DNA of 64,000 nt from Micropruina sp. (GCF_047602085.1 NZ_JASGID010000007.1:397388-461387), one strand, 5' to 3'; positions 46,081-56,477 are shown, numbered from the stretch's first letter. Notes: generated from the sequence alone by a model not told the origin. Made by a program: numbers and translations.

Positions 46081-46233
46081 CCACCCCCCAGCGCACTCAA
46101 GTGCCTAGCGTACAGATCGACGCCCCTTCTTGTCGTGACGCGCCCGGCGGCCCGCTTCATGGTTGAGGGTTTGGGGCCCGTCAACGGTCGTGTGCCAGGC
46201 CCAGCGCTTCTTGAGGAAGTGTTGATTTTCGCC

Positions 46234-46284
46234 GGTCCAGCTTGTCGAGACCTCGGGTCGGCCATCGAGACAAGGGGTTTCGAC
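46234..46284. repeat. Degenerate REP doublet
   Basis: GGTCCAGCTTGTCGAGACC (46234-46252) and partial GGTTTCGAC (46276-46284). Confidence 0.6.
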
Positions 46285-46548
46285 GTAGAGATGACGGAGC
46301 AGAGGCAGATCAAGGACGTCGCTGGCGCGGTCGTTGATTCAGGCCGGTGGTCCGCGCGGCTTGCGTGACCCGCGCGCAAGGGGCCGCCGAAGCAGGCACG
46401 TCGGGCGGCAATGCGCTGCTCGATTGTTGTCGCCGGGCACAGGGCCACCAATGCTCACGTCCGACGCGAATGGCGCGAGGCCAACGCCCGTGGTGATGCA
46501 GTGCGAAGCCGAACCAGGCGCCGGCGTGTGCGCACCGTTGCGAAAATG

Positions 46549-46587
46549 AAGAAGTCGGTCCACCCAGTGGGTGCACCGACTTCTCTT
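46549..46587 (-). terminator. Hairpin terminator downstream of tRNA-fMet
   Basis: AGAAGTCGGT/ACCGACTTCT arms with inner CACCC/GGGTG; followed by a T-rich tract on the minus strand. Confidence 0.75.
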
Positions 46588-46605
46588 GCTGACCTGCCGT
46601 CTTCG

Positions 46606-46679
46606 TAGCGGGGACAGGATTTGAACCTGTGACCTCTGGGTTATGAGCCCAGCGAGCTACCGAACTGCTCCACCCCGCG
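46606..46679 (-). tRNA. tRNA-fMet (initiator, CAT)
   Basis: CGCGGGG-TG-GAGC..GCTC-G-CTGGG-CT-CAT-AA-CCCAG-AGGTC-ACAGG-TTCAAAT-CCTGT-CCCCGCT-A; 1:72 mismatch and 3 G-C pairs in the anticodon stem; CCA not encoded. Confidence 0.97.
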
Positions 46680-46813
46680 TCGCTCGTTCAACTATACGGG
46701 ACGGCGGCGGTTGGCCCAAATCGCCCGACATACCCTGCCCTGGCCGGGCGCACTGCTCGGCTAGACTCGTCGCGCGATCCGCTGCCCCCGGGGGCACGCC
46801 ACGAGGAGGACAG

Positions 46814-48340
46814 ATGGTCTGCAGCACGTCCGCGTCCGTTGCAAGGCGCCGCGGCTGGCGCTGGGCGGCCCTGTTGTTCACCGTTTCTCTTCTGGTCGGC
46901 TGCGCCGGCCAAGCGCCCACGCTACCCACGCAGCAGGCCCACACGCTGGTGGTCGGGGCCGCCCTCGAGCCGCCCACCATGAACCCGAGCGCGTCGCCGG
47001 CCGCATCCATTCCGCAGGTGCTGCTCTACAACGTCTACGAGACACTGGTGAAGATGGACGCCGAGGGCAACCTCAAGCCGCTGCTCGCCCAGACTTGGGA
47101 CATCAGCACCGATCGCACCGTCTACACCTTCAAGCTCAACCCGGCGGCGAAGTTCGCCAGCGGCAAGCCGGTCACCGCCCAGGCGGTGGCCACCAGCTTT
47201 AACCGGATCAAGACCGAGGCCGGCATCGCGGCGCCCCTGGTCGAGCAGATGGCCGTGGTCAAGGCCACCGACGTGGTGGACGACCACACGGTCAAGGTGA
47301 CGCTGACGCATCCGTCCAACCTGTGGCTCTACGACATCAGTTCCACCGCGGGCATCATCTACGACCCGGACGGACTGGCCACTCTCGACACCACTCCGGC
47401 CGGCTCGGGTCCGTTCGTGCTGCGCGCCTGGAACAAGGGCCAAAGCGTCGTCTTGGCAGCCAACGGCGGCTACTGGGGCACGGCACCGCGGCTCGACACC
47501 GTGACATTTCGCTATTTCGCCGACCCCAATGCCATGAACACCGCCATGCTCGCCGGCGACATCGACGTGATCAGCAACCTGCAGGCCCCGGACGCCATCG
47601 ATCAGTTCGCCGACACCAGCCGGTTCACTGTCATCCAGGGCACCACCACCGGCGAGGTGGTGCTGGCCCTGAACAATGCCCGCGACAGCCTGAAGGACGT
47701 GAAGGTGCGCAAGGCGATTTCGATGGCGATCGACAAGCAGGCGTTGCTCGACACGGTGTGGAACGGCAAGGGCACCCTGATCGGTTCGATGGCGGTGCCC
47801 ACCGACCCGTGGTACGAAGACCTCACCTCGATCAACGCCTATGACCCGGCCGGCGCCAAGAAGCTGCTGGCCGAGGCGAAGGCCACCGATCTGAGCCTCA
47901 AGCTGCGGGTGCCGACCATCGCCTACGCCACTAAGAGTGCCCAGTTCGTCGAGAGCGCGCTGCGCCAGGTGGGCATCAAGGTGACGGTCGAAGAACTCGA
48001 CTTCGCCACCTGGCTCAAAGACGTGCACAACGGGGGCAACTACGACATGTCGATCGTGGCGCACGTCGAAGCCCGCGACCTGCGCCGGTTCACCGACCCC
48101 GACTATTACTTTCACTACGACAACGCCGAGTACAACAAAGAGTTCGAACAGGCGGACGAGGCGGCGTCGGCCGACCTGGTGCCGCTGATGCGTAAGGCAG
48201 TGCGCACGCTGGCCGAGGATGCCGCCGCGGTCTGGTTGTTCGATCTGCCCAACCTGGTGATCACCAAGTCGACGATCAGTGGCGTGCCGCAGAACGCCGC
48301 CACGCTCAGCTTCGACCTGACCACGATCGCCACCCGCTAG
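46814..48340 (+). CDS. ABC transporter substrate-binding lipoprotein, family 5 (peptide/nickel type)
   Basis: Lipobox LLVGC, NVYETLVK, AGSGPF, PRLD.V.FR; SD GAGGAGG. Confidence 0.92.
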   Translation: MVCSTSASVARRRGWRWAALLFTVSLLVGCAGQAPTLPTQQAHTLVVGAALEPPTMNPSASPAASIPQVLLYNVYETLVKMDAEGNLKPLLAQTWDISTDRTVYTFKLNPAAKFASGKPVTAQAVATSFNRIKTEAGIAAPLVEQMAVVKATDVVDDHTVKVTLTHPSNLWLYDISSTAGIIYDPDGLATLDTTPAGSGPFVLRAWNKGQSVVLAANGGYWGTAPRLDTVTFRYFADPNAMNTAMLAGDIDVISNLQAPDAIDQFADTSRFTVIQGTTTGEVVLALNNARDSLKDVKVRKAISMAIDKQALLDTVWNGKGTLIGSMAVPTDPWYEDLTSINAYDPAGAKKLLAEAKATDLSLKLRVPTIAYATKSAQFVESALRQVGIKVTVEELDFATWLKDVHNGGNYDMSIVAHVEARDLRRFTDPDYYFHYDNAEYNKEFEQADEAASADLVPLMRKAVRTLAEDAAAVWLFDLPNLVITKSTISGVPQNAATLSFDLTTIATR

Positions 48341-48354
48341 CACCCTGGCACCTC

Positions 48355-49314
48355 GTGCGGATCCTCGCCTTTCTGGGCCGGCGCCTGGGCATCTTCGCAA
48401 TCAGCCTGGTTGGCGCGTCGATGCTGGTGTTCGCTGTGTGCTCGGCACTGCCCGGCGAGGTGGCCGCGATCATTCTGGGTGAGGGTGCGACTCCTGAACA
48501 GATCACCGCCCTGGGCGTAGAACTTGGCCTCGACCGTCCACCGTTGACGCGCTACCTCGAATGGGTGTCCGGCATGCTGCACGGCGACTTCGGCACATCG
48601 TTGTTCACCGGGCAGAGCGTGCTGCAACTGATGGTGCCGCGCATCGCGGTCACCCTGTGGCTGGTCCTGTTCGCCCTGTTGCTGTCGGTGCTGATCGCCG
48701 TGCCGGTGGGCATGCTGGCGGCGATGAAGCGCCGCTCGTGGGTCGGTTTCGTCGCCTCGGGCGCCGCGCAACTGGGCATGGCCGTCCCGGTGTTCTGGGC
48801 AGCTATTGCGCTGGTGCTGGTGTTCGCGGTCGGCCTGCGCTGGCTGCCCGCCAACGGTTACGTGCCGATCAGCACCAGCGTCGGCGGTTGGGCCGCTCAC
48901 TTGGTGCTACCGGTGACCTCGCTGGCGATCGTCCAGGCGTCCGTGCTGGTGCGCTACGTGCGCTCGGCGTTCATCGAGGTGCTCAGCGAGGACTACTACC
49001 GCACCGCCCGAGCTGTGGGCTGGCGTCCGTTCCCGGCGCTGTGGCGGCACGGGCTGCGCAACGCCGCGCTGTCGTTGGTGACGGTTGTTGGCCTGCAGCT
49101 CGCGTCGGTGCTGGTGGGTGCGATCGTGATCGAGTCGGTGTTTGCGCTGCCGGGCCTGGGATCGGCCCTGCTCGATGCGGTATCGCAACGCGATCTGATG
49201 ATTGTGCAGGGCGTGGTGATGTTCCTGGCCGCCTCGGTGCTACTGATCAACTTCCTGGTCGACCTGTCATACGCATGGATCGACCCGCGACTGCGGACGG
49301 GGGCTGACCGATGA
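48355..49314 (+). CDS. ABC transporter permease (DppB-like)
   Basis: LGLDRPPLTRY, GDFGTS, EAA-like EDYYRTARAVG, IESVFALPGLG. Confidence 0.93.
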   Translation: MRILAFLGRRLGIFAISLVGASMLVFAVCSALPGEVAAIILGEGATPEQITALGVELGLDRPPLTRYLEWVSGMLHGDFGTSLFTGQSVLQLMVPRIAVTLWLVLFALLLSVLIAVPVGMLAAMKRRSWVGFVASGAAQLGMAVPVFWAAIALVLVFAVGLRWLPANGYVPISTSVGGWAAHLVLPVTSLAIVQASVLVRYVRSAFIEVLSEDYYRTARAVGWRPFPALWRHGLRNAALSLVTVVGLQLASVLVGAIVIESVFALPGLGSALLDAVSQRDLMIVQGVVMFLAASVLLINFLVDLSYAWIDPRLRTGADR

Positions 49315-50123
49315 GGCGGCTCGGTCTCTGGTTGGGCGGCGGACTGGTCGCGCTGGTGGTGCTGATGGCTCTGCTGTCACTGGTCTGGACGCCCCACGAC
49401 CCGACCCTGGTGGTGGCCGGGCAGCGGCTTCAGGGGCCCAGTGCCGAACACTGGCTGGGTACCGACGGCATGGGCATCGACGTGTTCAGCCGTATTCTGG
49501 TGGGTGCCCAGACCACCATCGTGGTGGGCGTGGTGTCGGTGTCGATCGCCGCCCTGATCGGGGTGCCACTGGGCATGGTGGCCGGTCAGGTGGGTGGCTG
49601 GGTCGACGAGGTGGTGATGCGGGTTACCGACATCGCCTACGCCTTTCCGGCGCTGCTGCTCGCCATTCTGCTCGCCGCCCGGTTCGGGGCCTCGCCGGTG
49701 ACGGCCATGACGGCGATCGGGCTGGCCACCATTCCGAGCTTCGCCCGGGTCACCAGGGCCGGCACCAAGCAGGTGATCAGCACCGACTTCGTGCTGGCCG
49801 CCCGGGCGTCCGGAACTCGCTGGCCCGGGGTGTCGCTGCGGCACGTGCTGCCCAACATCGCGCCGTTGATCGGCGTGCAGGCATCGGTCACCTTCGCCAT
49901 GGCGATTCTGGCCGAGGCGGCGCTCAGCTACCTGGGGCTGTCCACGGCGGCGATCGTGCCAACCTGGGGCAAGATGCTGCGCGACGCCCAGTCGGTGATG
50001 TTCAACGCGCCGCTGCAGGCGGTGTGGCCCGGGCTGGCGATCGCCATCGCGGTGCTCGGGTTCAACCTGCTCGGCGACGGTTTGCGCGACCTGCTCGACC
50101 CCCGGCTGCGGGAGGTGACATGA
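49311..50123 (+). CDS. ABC transporter permease (DppC-like)
   Basis: HWLGTDGMGIDVFSR, DFVLAARASG, RHVLPN, EAALSYLGL, FNLLGDGLRDLLDPR. Confidence 0.93.
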   Translation: MRRLGLWLGGGLVALVVLMALLSLVWTPHDPTLVVAGQRLQGPSAEHWLGTDGMGIDVFSRILVGAQTTIVVGVVSVSIAALIGVPLGMVAGQVGGWVDEVVMRVTDIAYAFPALLLAILLAARFGASPVTAMTAIGLATIPSFARVTRAGTKQVISTDFVLAARASGTRWPGVSLRHVLPNIAPLIGVQASVTFAMAILAEAALSYLGLSTAAIVPTWGKMLRDAQSVMFNAPLQAVWPGLAIAIAVLGFNLLGDGLRDLLDPRLREVT

Positions 50124-50956
50124 CTCTGCTACAGGTCAGCGAGTTGAGCGTGGGCTTCGGTCGTCGCCGCGCCGTCGCGGTCGATGCGGTGTCGTTCGAG
50201 CTGACTGCCGGTCAGCGCCTGGGCATCATCGGCGAGTCGGGCTCGGGCAAGACCGTCACCGCCCTGGCCCTGATGGGTCTGCTGCCCGAGACCGCACGGG
50301 TGACCGGTTCGATCCGATTGAACGGACGCGAACTGGTCGGGCTGCCCGACCGGGCCCATGCCCGGCTGCGCGGCGATCTGGTGTCGATGGTCTTTCAAGA
50401 GCCGATGACCGCGCTCGACCCCACCATGAAGGTCGGTCGGCAGGTGGCCGAGGTGCTGCTGCTGCACGCTTCCGAACGAAGCGGCTCGGCGCGTGTCAGG
50501 GTGATCGAGATGTTGGGCCGGGTCGGGCTGGCGGACGCTGAGCGGGTGGCCGACAGCTTTCCGCATCAGTTGTCGGGCGGGCAGCGGCAGCGCTGCCTGC
50601 TCGCCATGGCGCTGATCAACTCGCCCGACCTGGTGATCTGCGACGAGCCGACCACCGCGCTCGACGTCACGGTGCAGGCACGGGTGCTGCGCTTGCTCGA
50701 CGAGGTGTTGAGCGTCGAGGGTGCCGCGTGCTTGTTCATCAGCCACGACCTGGCCGTGGTGTCGCAGGTCTGCACCGATGTGTTGGTGATGCTGAACGGA
50801 CGCATCGTCGAGGCCGGTCCGGTGGCGACGCTGTTCAGCGCGCCGGAGCACCCCTACACCCGCGGCCTGGTGGCGACGGCCCGCATCGACCAGGTGCAGC
50901 CGGGGGAGCGGCTGCCGACCGTCGAGGACTTCTACCCGCGGGAGGGGGTGCGATGA
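50120..50956 (+). CDS. ABC transporter ATP-binding protein (DppD-like)
   Basis: GESGSGKT, FPHQLSGGQRQR, ICDEPTTALD, ISHDL. Confidence 0.95.
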   Translation: MTLLQVSELSVGFGRRRAVAVDAVSFELTAGQRLGIIGESGSGKTVTALALMGLLPETARVTGSIRLNGRELVGLPDRAHARLRGDLVSMVFQEPMTALDPTMKVGRQVAEVLLLHASERSGSARVRVIEMLGRVGLADAERVADSFPHQLSGGQRQRCLLAMALINSPDLVICDEPTTALDVTVQARVLRLLDEVLSVEGAACLFISHDLAVVSQVCTDVLVMLNGRIVEAGPVATLFSAPEHPYTRGLVATARIDQVQPGERLPTVEDFYPREGVR

Positions 50957-51735
50957 GTTCCGCGCCGCTATACCAGGTGAGCGGGCTGGTGCGACACTTC
51001 GGACGGGGTGGGCGCGTGCGAGCGCTCGACGGGGTCAGCCTGGTGGTGGAGCGTGGCCAGCGTCTCGGCATCGTCGGCGAGTCCGGGTCGGGCAAGTCGA
51101 CGTTGATCAGGCTGATGGCGGCACTCGATCGTCCGACCGTGGGCAGCATTGCGTTTGACGGGCGTGAGATCACTGCGTTGCGCGAGCGCGACCTTGGGTT
51201 TCTGCGAGCGTCCGTGCAACTGGTGTTCCAAGACCCGCGCTCGTCGCTCAACCCGCGCATGACGGTCGGCTCGATCGTCACCGAGCCATTGCGCTCGAAG
51301 CACGTGCGGGGAGCGCTTGTCGAGGTCGATCCGCGGGAACGGCTGCGCGAGGTGCTGCGGGCGGTCGACCTGCCGTCCGATGCCGCGGAACGCTACCCGC
51401 ACGAGTTTTCGGGCGGCCAGCGACAGCGCATCGCGATCGCCCGGGCGTTGGCACCCGACCCCGCCGTGCTGATCGCCGACGAGCCGGTGTCGGCGCTCGA
51501 CGTGAGCGTGCGGGCGCAGGTGCTGAATCTGCTCGGCGATCTGGTGGCAGCCCGTGGGCTGACGCTGATCTTCGTCAGCCACGACCTGTCCGTGGTGCGC
51601 CACCTGTGCGATCAGGTGGTGGTGATGCGCGCCGGCCGCATCGAAGAACGCGGCAGTGCCGACCAGGTGTTCAGCAACCCCCAGGCCGACTACACCCGGG
51701 CCCTGTGGGCGGCAGTACCGCGCATCCGCATCTGA
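50953..51735 (+). CDS. ABC transporter ATP-binding protein (DppF-like)
   Basis: GESGSGKST, YPHEFSGGQRQR, IADEPVSALD, VSHDL. Confidence 0.95.
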   Translation: MSSAPLYQVSGLVRHFGRGGRVRALDGVSLVVERGQRLGIVGESGSGKSTLIRLMAALDRPTVGSIAFDGREITALRERDLGFLRASVQLVFQDPRSSLNPRMTVGSIVTEPLRSKHVRGALVEVDPRERLREVLRAVDLPSDAAERYPHEFSGGQRQRIAIARALAPDPAVLIADEPVSALDVSVRAQVLNLLGDLVAARGLTLIFVSHDLSVVRHLCDQVVVMRAGRIEERGSADQVFSNPQADYTRALWAAVPRIRI

Positions 51736-51742
51736 CTCAGGT

Positions 51743-51877
51743 TGGTTCAGGGGACGGTTCTCGATGGTTCAGGGGACGGTTCCTTTGGTTCAACCGTCCC
51801 CTGAACTATCGGGGAACCGTCCCCTGAACTATCGGGGAACCGTCCCCTGAACTATCGGGGAACCGTCCCCTGAACCA
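51743..51877. repeat. Second repeat family: 2 forward (22-bp period) plus 4 inverted (23-bp period) units
   Basis: TGGTTCAGGGGACGGTTC at 51743 and 51765; AACCGTCCCCTGAAC at 51792, 51815, 51838, 51861. Confidence 0.9.
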
Positions 51878-51894
51878 TTTGAATCGGGGGGGGG

Positions 51895-51913
51895 GGTCGA
51901 GCTTGTCGAGACC
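51895..51913. repeat. REP singlet following an 11-G run
   Basis: GGTCGAGCTTGTCGAGACC; G-run 51886-51896. Confidence 0.8.
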
Positions 51914-51997
51914 TGGGATGCCGCTGGGGCAAGGGTCCCACCGCGCTCAACCAGTGGTTGTGTTGATCAGCGCTTCCCGCGCGGAACCGTCGCTGGA

Positions 51998-52786
51998 TCA
52001 ATCCGCGAGTTGCTCGACCACGGCGTCGTGCAGCAGGCCGTTGGTCGCGATCGCACCCGGGCCGGCGACGCCGGGGGTGCCGTCCAGGTTGGTGAACCTG
52101 CCGCCGGCCTCACGGACGATCACATCGAGGGCCGCCATGTCGTGCAGTGCCAGCTCGGGCTCGGAGGCGATGTCGACCGCACCCTCGGCGACCAGCATGT
52201 AGCTCCAGAAGTCGCCGTAGGCCCGGGTGCGCCAGCACTCACGCATCAGGTCGACGAACTGCTGCCCGCGGCCGCTCTCGACCCAGCCGTGCAACGAGCT
52301 GAACGACAACGAAGCATCGCTCACCTCGCCCACACCCGACACGTGGCAGCGGCTGCCCTGCAACAACGTCTTGCCGCTGAACGCTCCGCCACCCGCGCTG
52401 GCCCACCAACGCCGTCCGAGCGCCGGCGCCGACACCACCCCGACCACCACCTGGCCCTCGACCATCAGCGCGATCAGGGTGGCCCACACCGGCACCCCGC
52501 GAACATAGTTCTTGGTGCCGTCGATCGGGTCGATCACCCAGCGCCGCGGCCCCCATCCGGTGTCTTCGCGTTCTTCGCCGTGCACCGCATCGCGCGGACG
52601 GGCGGTCTTCAGCGTCCGCCTGATTGCGTCCTCCACCGCCACGTCGGCGTCGCTGACCGGGGTGAGGTCGGGTTTGGCGTCGACCGACAGATCGAGGGCT
52701 TTGAACCGGCTCATGGTCAGCGAGTCGGCGTTGTCGGCCATCATGTGGGCGAGCCTGAGATCGTCGAGATAGCTCTGGTCGGGCAT
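51998..52786 (-). CDS. hisN: Histidinol-phosphatase (inositol monophosphatase family)
   Basis: AKPDLTPVSDAD, HGEE, WVIDPIDGTKNYVRGVPVWATLI, RTRAYGDFWSY. Confidence 0.92.
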   Translation of the reverse strand: MPDQSYLDDLRLAHMMADNADSLTMSRFKALDLSVDAKPDLTPVSDADVAVEDAIRRTLKTARPRDAVHGEEREDTGWGPRRWVIDPIDGTKNYVRGVPVWATLIALMVEGQVVVGVVSAPALGRRWWASAGGGAFSGKTLLQGSRCHVSGVGEVSDASLSFSSLHGWVESGRGQQFVDLMRECWRTRAYGDFWSYMLVAEGAVDIASEPELALHDMAALDVIVREAGGRFTNLDGTPGVAGPGAIATNGLLHDAVVEQLAD

Positions 52787-52825
52787 GATGCTCAACCTAT
52801 CGGCTCGACCTGCCGCCGCCCGGCA

Positions 52826-53833
52826 TCAGGCACTGGACGGCCGGTCGCGCCACGCCCCCTCCATGCGCCGGAACGACTCCAGCCGCGCGGGCGCCAGCCG
52901 TCCGTCCGCGACGGCGGTGTCGAGCCCGCACTCGGCAGATCCGGTCTCGTGGGTGCAGCCCCGTGAGCAGTCGGCGGTCAGCTCGGCCAGATCGGGAAAC
53001 GCTGCCACGATCGACTGCGGTGTCACGTGGCTGAGCCCGAACGACCGGACGCCGGGGGTATCGATCACCCAGCCGGCATGCTCGGGCAGCTCCAGTGCCA
53101 CGGCCGAGGTCGACGTGTGCCGCCCGCGTCCGGTGACCTCGTTGACCTCGCCGGTGGCCCGGTCGACGCCGGGGATCAGCGCGTTCACCAGGGTGGACTT
53201 GCCCACCCCAGAATGGCCGATCAGCACACTGGTGCGGTCGGTCAGCAAGGCGTGCAAAGGCCCCAGATCGGCACCGGGGCGCACCGCCACGACCGGAATC
53301 TCCAGCGGCGCATACGCGGCGATCAGATCGTCGGCCGGGGCCAGGTCTTGCTTGGTCAGGCACAGCACCGGGTCAAGGCCCGCGTCGTAGCCGGCCACCA
53401 GAATGCGGTCGATCATGCCCATCCGCGGCGGCGGGTCGGCCAGCGCCGTCACGATCACCAACTGGTCGGCGTTCGCCACGATGGGCCGCTCGAACGGGTC
53501 GGTGTCGTCGGCGGTGCGGCGCAGAACGGTGCGCCGGGGCAGCACCTCGACGATGCGGGCCAGGCTGCCCTCCTCGCCGCTCAGGTCGCCCACCACCCGC
53601 ACCCGGTCACCGACGATGACTCCCTTGCGGCCCAGCGCCCGCGCCTTGGTGGCGGTCAGGTGCAGCTCGCCCAGCAGGCAGCGGTAGCGGCCGCGGTCGA
53701 TGGTCACCACGATCGCCTGAGCGGCCGCCGAATAGTCCGGACGGTCCTTGGTGCGGGGGCGCGAACGCCGCCCCGGACGTCCGAAGCCCTCGTGATCGTC
53801 GTCGGTGACGGCCCCGCGCAGCCGGCGCGTCAC
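52826..53833 (-). CDS. rsgA: Ribosome small subunit-dependent GTPase A
   Basis: RPRTKDRP, VANADQL, LTKQDL, GHSGVGKSTLVN, GRHTST, IDTPGVR, Zn motif CSRGCTH...C. Confidence 0.95.
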   Translation of the reverse strand: MTRRLRGAVTDDDHEGFGRPGRRSRPRTKDRPDYSAAAQAIVVTIDRGRYRCLLGELHLTATKARALGRKGVIVGDRVRVVGDLSGEEGSLARIVEVLPRRTVLRRTADDTDPFERPIVANADQLVIVTALADPPPRMGMIDRILVAGYDAGLDPVLCLTKQDLAPADDLIAAYAPLEIPVVAVRPGADLGPLHALLTDRTSVLIGHSGVGKSTLVNALIPGVDRATGEVNEVTGRGRHTSTSAVALELPEHAGWVIDTPGVRSFGLSHVTPQSIVAAFPDLAELTADCSRGCTHETGSAECGLDTAVADGRLAPARLESFRRMEGAWRDRPSSA

Positions 53834-55092
53834 CGCTGGCCCAGCAGCCGCTGCCACAGACCGGGAAAGTCGGGCAAGGTCTTGGTGGTGCAGCCCACGT
53901 CGTCGAGTGCAACGCCCGGCACGGCGAGCCCCAGCAAGGCCCCGGCGTGTGCCATGCGGTGGTCGGCGTAGGTGTGAAAGACGCCGCCACGCAACGCCAC
54001 CGGGGTGACGCTCAGCCCGTCCGCCGTCTGGACGACCCGGCCACCCAGCCCGTTCAACTCGGTTTCCAAGGCCGCCAGCCGGTCGGTCTCGTGGCCGCGG
54101 ACATGGGCCACGCCGCGAATCCGGCCCGGCCCGTCGGCCAGCGCCAGCAAGGCCGCTGCCACGCAGGTGAGTTCGCTGGTCAGGGCCAGGTTCAAATCGG
54201 CGGCCCGGACTGCTCCGGTGCCGGTGACAGTCACCTGGCCGGGCTCCAGGACGACTTCGCCGCCCAAGGCCTGCAGCACCTCGAGAATGGCGTCAGCGGC
54301 CTGCACGGTGTGCGCGGGCCACGCCGTGGTAACGCTGCCGCCCAACACCAGCGGCGCGGCCAGAAAGGTCGCGGCGTTGATCAGGTCGGGCTCGATCGAC
54401 TCATCGCTGGCCGCGATCGGGCCGGGTGCCACCACCCAGCGGTCGGCTCCTGCTTCGGTGATCTCGACGCCCCGGTCGCGCAGCATGGCGACGGTCAGCC
54501 CGATGTGCGGGCGGGACGGCAGGGAACCGCCCCCGTGCCGCAGGTCGAGGCCGGCCTCGAACCGCGCTCCGGCCAACAGCAGCCCCGAGACGAATTGGCT
54601 CGATCCGGTGGCGTCGATGCTCACCGCCCCACCCGAGACCCGACCTGCCCCGTGCACCGTGAACGGCAGCGACTCGGGGTGGTCGATACGCACGCCGGCC
54701 TGCCGCAGCCCGTCCAGCAAGGGAGCGACCGGACGCAGTCGCGCCTCGGCATCGCCGTCGAACCGGCTGCGGCCCTCCGCCAACGCCGCGATCGGCGGAA
54801 CGAACCGCATGATGGTGCCGGCCAGGCCGACCTGAATCTCGGCGGCCCTGAACCGCGCCGGGGGTGTGACCCGCAGCGCACCGTCGGAGAGATCGGCGAA
54901 GCCGACCCCGAGCGCGGTGAGTGCGGCTCGCATCAGCCGGGTGTCGCGGGCGTCCAGCACGCCAGTCAGGGTGCTGGGTGCGTCGGCGAGTGCGGCCAGC
55001 ACATACCCGCGTGCCGTCGCCGATTTCGAACCCGGCACCACGATGGTGGCCGACAGCGGCCCGGCACAGGCGGGCGCCGTCGGCCACGTCAC
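53830..55092 (-). CDS. aroA: 3-phosphoshikimate 1-carboxyvinyltransferase
   Basis: VPGSKSATAR, GLAGTIMRF, SSQFVSGLLL, RGHETDRL, TYADHRMA; GTG 55092. Confidence 0.96.
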   Translation of the reverse strand: MTWPTAPACAGPLSATIVVPGSKSATARGYVLAALADAPSTLTGVLDARDTRLMRAALTALGVGFADLSDGALRVTPPARFRAAEIQVGLAGTIMRFVPPIAALAEGRSRFDGDAEARLRPVAPLLDGLRQAGVRIDHPESLPFTVHGAGRVSGGAVSIDATGSSQFVSGLLLAGARFEAGLDLRHGGGSLPSRPHIGLTVAMLRDRGVEITEAGADRWVVAPGPIAASDESIEPDLINAATFLAAPLVLGGSVTTAWPAHTVQAADAILEVLQALGGEVVLEPGQVTVTGTGAVRAADLNLALTSELTCVAAALLALADGPGRIRGVAHVRGHETDRLAALETELNGLGGRVVQTADGLSVTPVALRGGVFHTYADHRMAHAGALLGLAVPGVALDDVGCTTKTLPDFPGLWQRLLGQR

Positions 55093-55694
55093 GTCAGTGC
55101 GCCTTCTACGGTCTTGGTCGCCTTGGAGGCAAACTTCTTGGCCTGGCGGGCGGCCTTCTTGCCCTCGCGCTGGAGCGACTTCTTGGTGCGTGCGGCCTCG
55201 CGCGCCACTGCCGCCTTGGTGTGCTCGGCCTCGCGGCTCAACGCCTCGGCCCGGGTCTTGGCGCGATAGGCCAGGTTGGGCTGGCCCTCGGTGTCGCCGG
55301 AGGCCAGCAGCACGCCGCCGGTCAACGCGACGTCGCGCAGAAAGTCGCCCGACCCCTCGCGGTCGCCGGAGGGTCCGAACGGGGCGCTGGCGATGAGCTG
55401 AGGCAACATCGAGACCGCCAGCACGGCGGCGCCCGTCCGGCGTCCGATGCCGGTGGCCAGGCTGACGCCGCCGACGATCTGGGCAAGCGCGGTCAGCTTG
55501 ACCAGACCCTTGGCGTCCTCGGGCAGGTAGGCAGCGGCCTGCGGCGGTAGCGTCTTCTCGGCCAACGGTAGGAACGTCTTGGCGATCGGCTCGGTGGCCG
55601 GCACCAGTGACGCCGGATCGCGCAGGGTTTTCACCCCGCTCATCACGAAGAAGCTGGCCAGCATGGTGCGGGCGGCGAAACGCAACAGACTCAT
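55089..55694 (-). CDS. DoxX family membrane protein
   Basis: ARTMLASFFVMSG, QIVGGVSLATG..RR, FLRDVALTGGVLLA; basic C-terminal tail. Confidence 0.8.
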   Translation of the reverse strand: MSLLRFAARTMLASFFVMSGVKTLRDPASLVPATEPIAKTFLPLAEKTLPPQAAAYLPEDAKGLVKLTALAQIVGGVSLATGIGRRTGAAVLAVSMLPQLIASAPFGPSGDREGSGDFLRDVALTGGVLLASGDTEGQPNLAYRAKTRAEALSREAEHTKAAVAREAARTKKSLQREGKKAARQAKKFASKATKTVEGALT

Positions 55695-55754
55695 GCCCTA
55701 TGTCTAGCGCCTGCGTCGGCTTTGGCCAAGCCATTTGTGGTTAGTCTCACTGCC

Positions 55755-56474
55755 ATGTGCGGTCGCTATGCGGCCTCGGCCGATGCCGAGTTGCTCGAAG
55801 AGGTGTTCCTGGTCGACGAAGTGGACGGTCCGCTGCCCCCCGCCCGCTACAACATCGCCCCCACTGATCCGGTCGTTGCAGTGATCGAACGGGCGCGAAA
55901 GGACGAACCCGAGCGGGTCGTCCGCAAGCTGGTAGCACTGCGCTGGGGGCTGGTGCCCTCATGGTCGAGGGACGCGACGGGCGCGGCCCGGATGATCAAC
56001 GCCCGGGTCGAGACCGTCGCCGAGAAACCGGCCTTTCGCCGAGCGCTGGCAACCCGGCGCTGCCTGCTCCCCGCCGACGGCTACTACGAGTGGTACACCT
56101 CGGCGGTGGCCGCCGCCGGGCCGGCCGGCCGCCGTCCGCCCAAGCAGCCGTTCTACATTCACCGCACCGACGGTGGCCTGCTCGCGATGGCTGGGCTGTA
56201 CGAGTTCTGGAAGAGCCCGCAGGGCCAGTGGCTGACCAGTTGCACGATCATCACCACCGCGGCCGCAGACGCGGTGGGTCACATTCACGACCGAATGCCG
56301 ATGACCGTCCGTCCCGACCGGTGGAACGCCTGGCTCGACCCGACGCTCACCCAGGGAGCGCTGGAGTTGCTGGAGGCTCCGGGCGCCGATCTTGAGGCGT
56401 ACGCAGTTTCACGACTGGTCAGCAGGGTCGGAAACGACGGCCCCGAGCTGGTCGAGCCGCTTCCCCAGTCCTGA
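55755..56474 (+). CDS. SOS response-associated peptidase (SRAP/YedK/HMCES family)
   Basis: N-terminal MCGRY, YNIAPT, RWGLVPSW, INARVET, PADGYYEW, IHDRMP. Confidence 0.95.
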   Translation: MCGRYAASADAELLEEVFLVDEVDGPLPPARYNIAPTDPVVAVIERARKDEPERVVRKLVALRWGLVPSWSRDATGAARMINARVETVAEKPAFRRALATRRCLLPADGYYEWYTSAVAAAGPAGRRPPKQPFYIHRTDGGLLAMAGLYEFWKSPQGQWLTSCTIITTAAADAVGHIHDRMPMTVRPDRWNAWLDPTLTQGALELLEAPGADLEAYAVSRLVSRVGNDGPELVEPLPQS

Positions 56475-56477
56475 CCC

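Noticed and set aside
46081-46605. Genomic island or prophage integrated at tRNA-fMet
   Set aside because: No integrase and no duplicated tRNA 3' end found in the window; only a terminator, a degenerate REP and short non-protein-like ORFs.
51743-51877. 22-23-bp arrays as a CRISPR array
   Set aside because: No spacers, units occur in both orientations, no cas genes.
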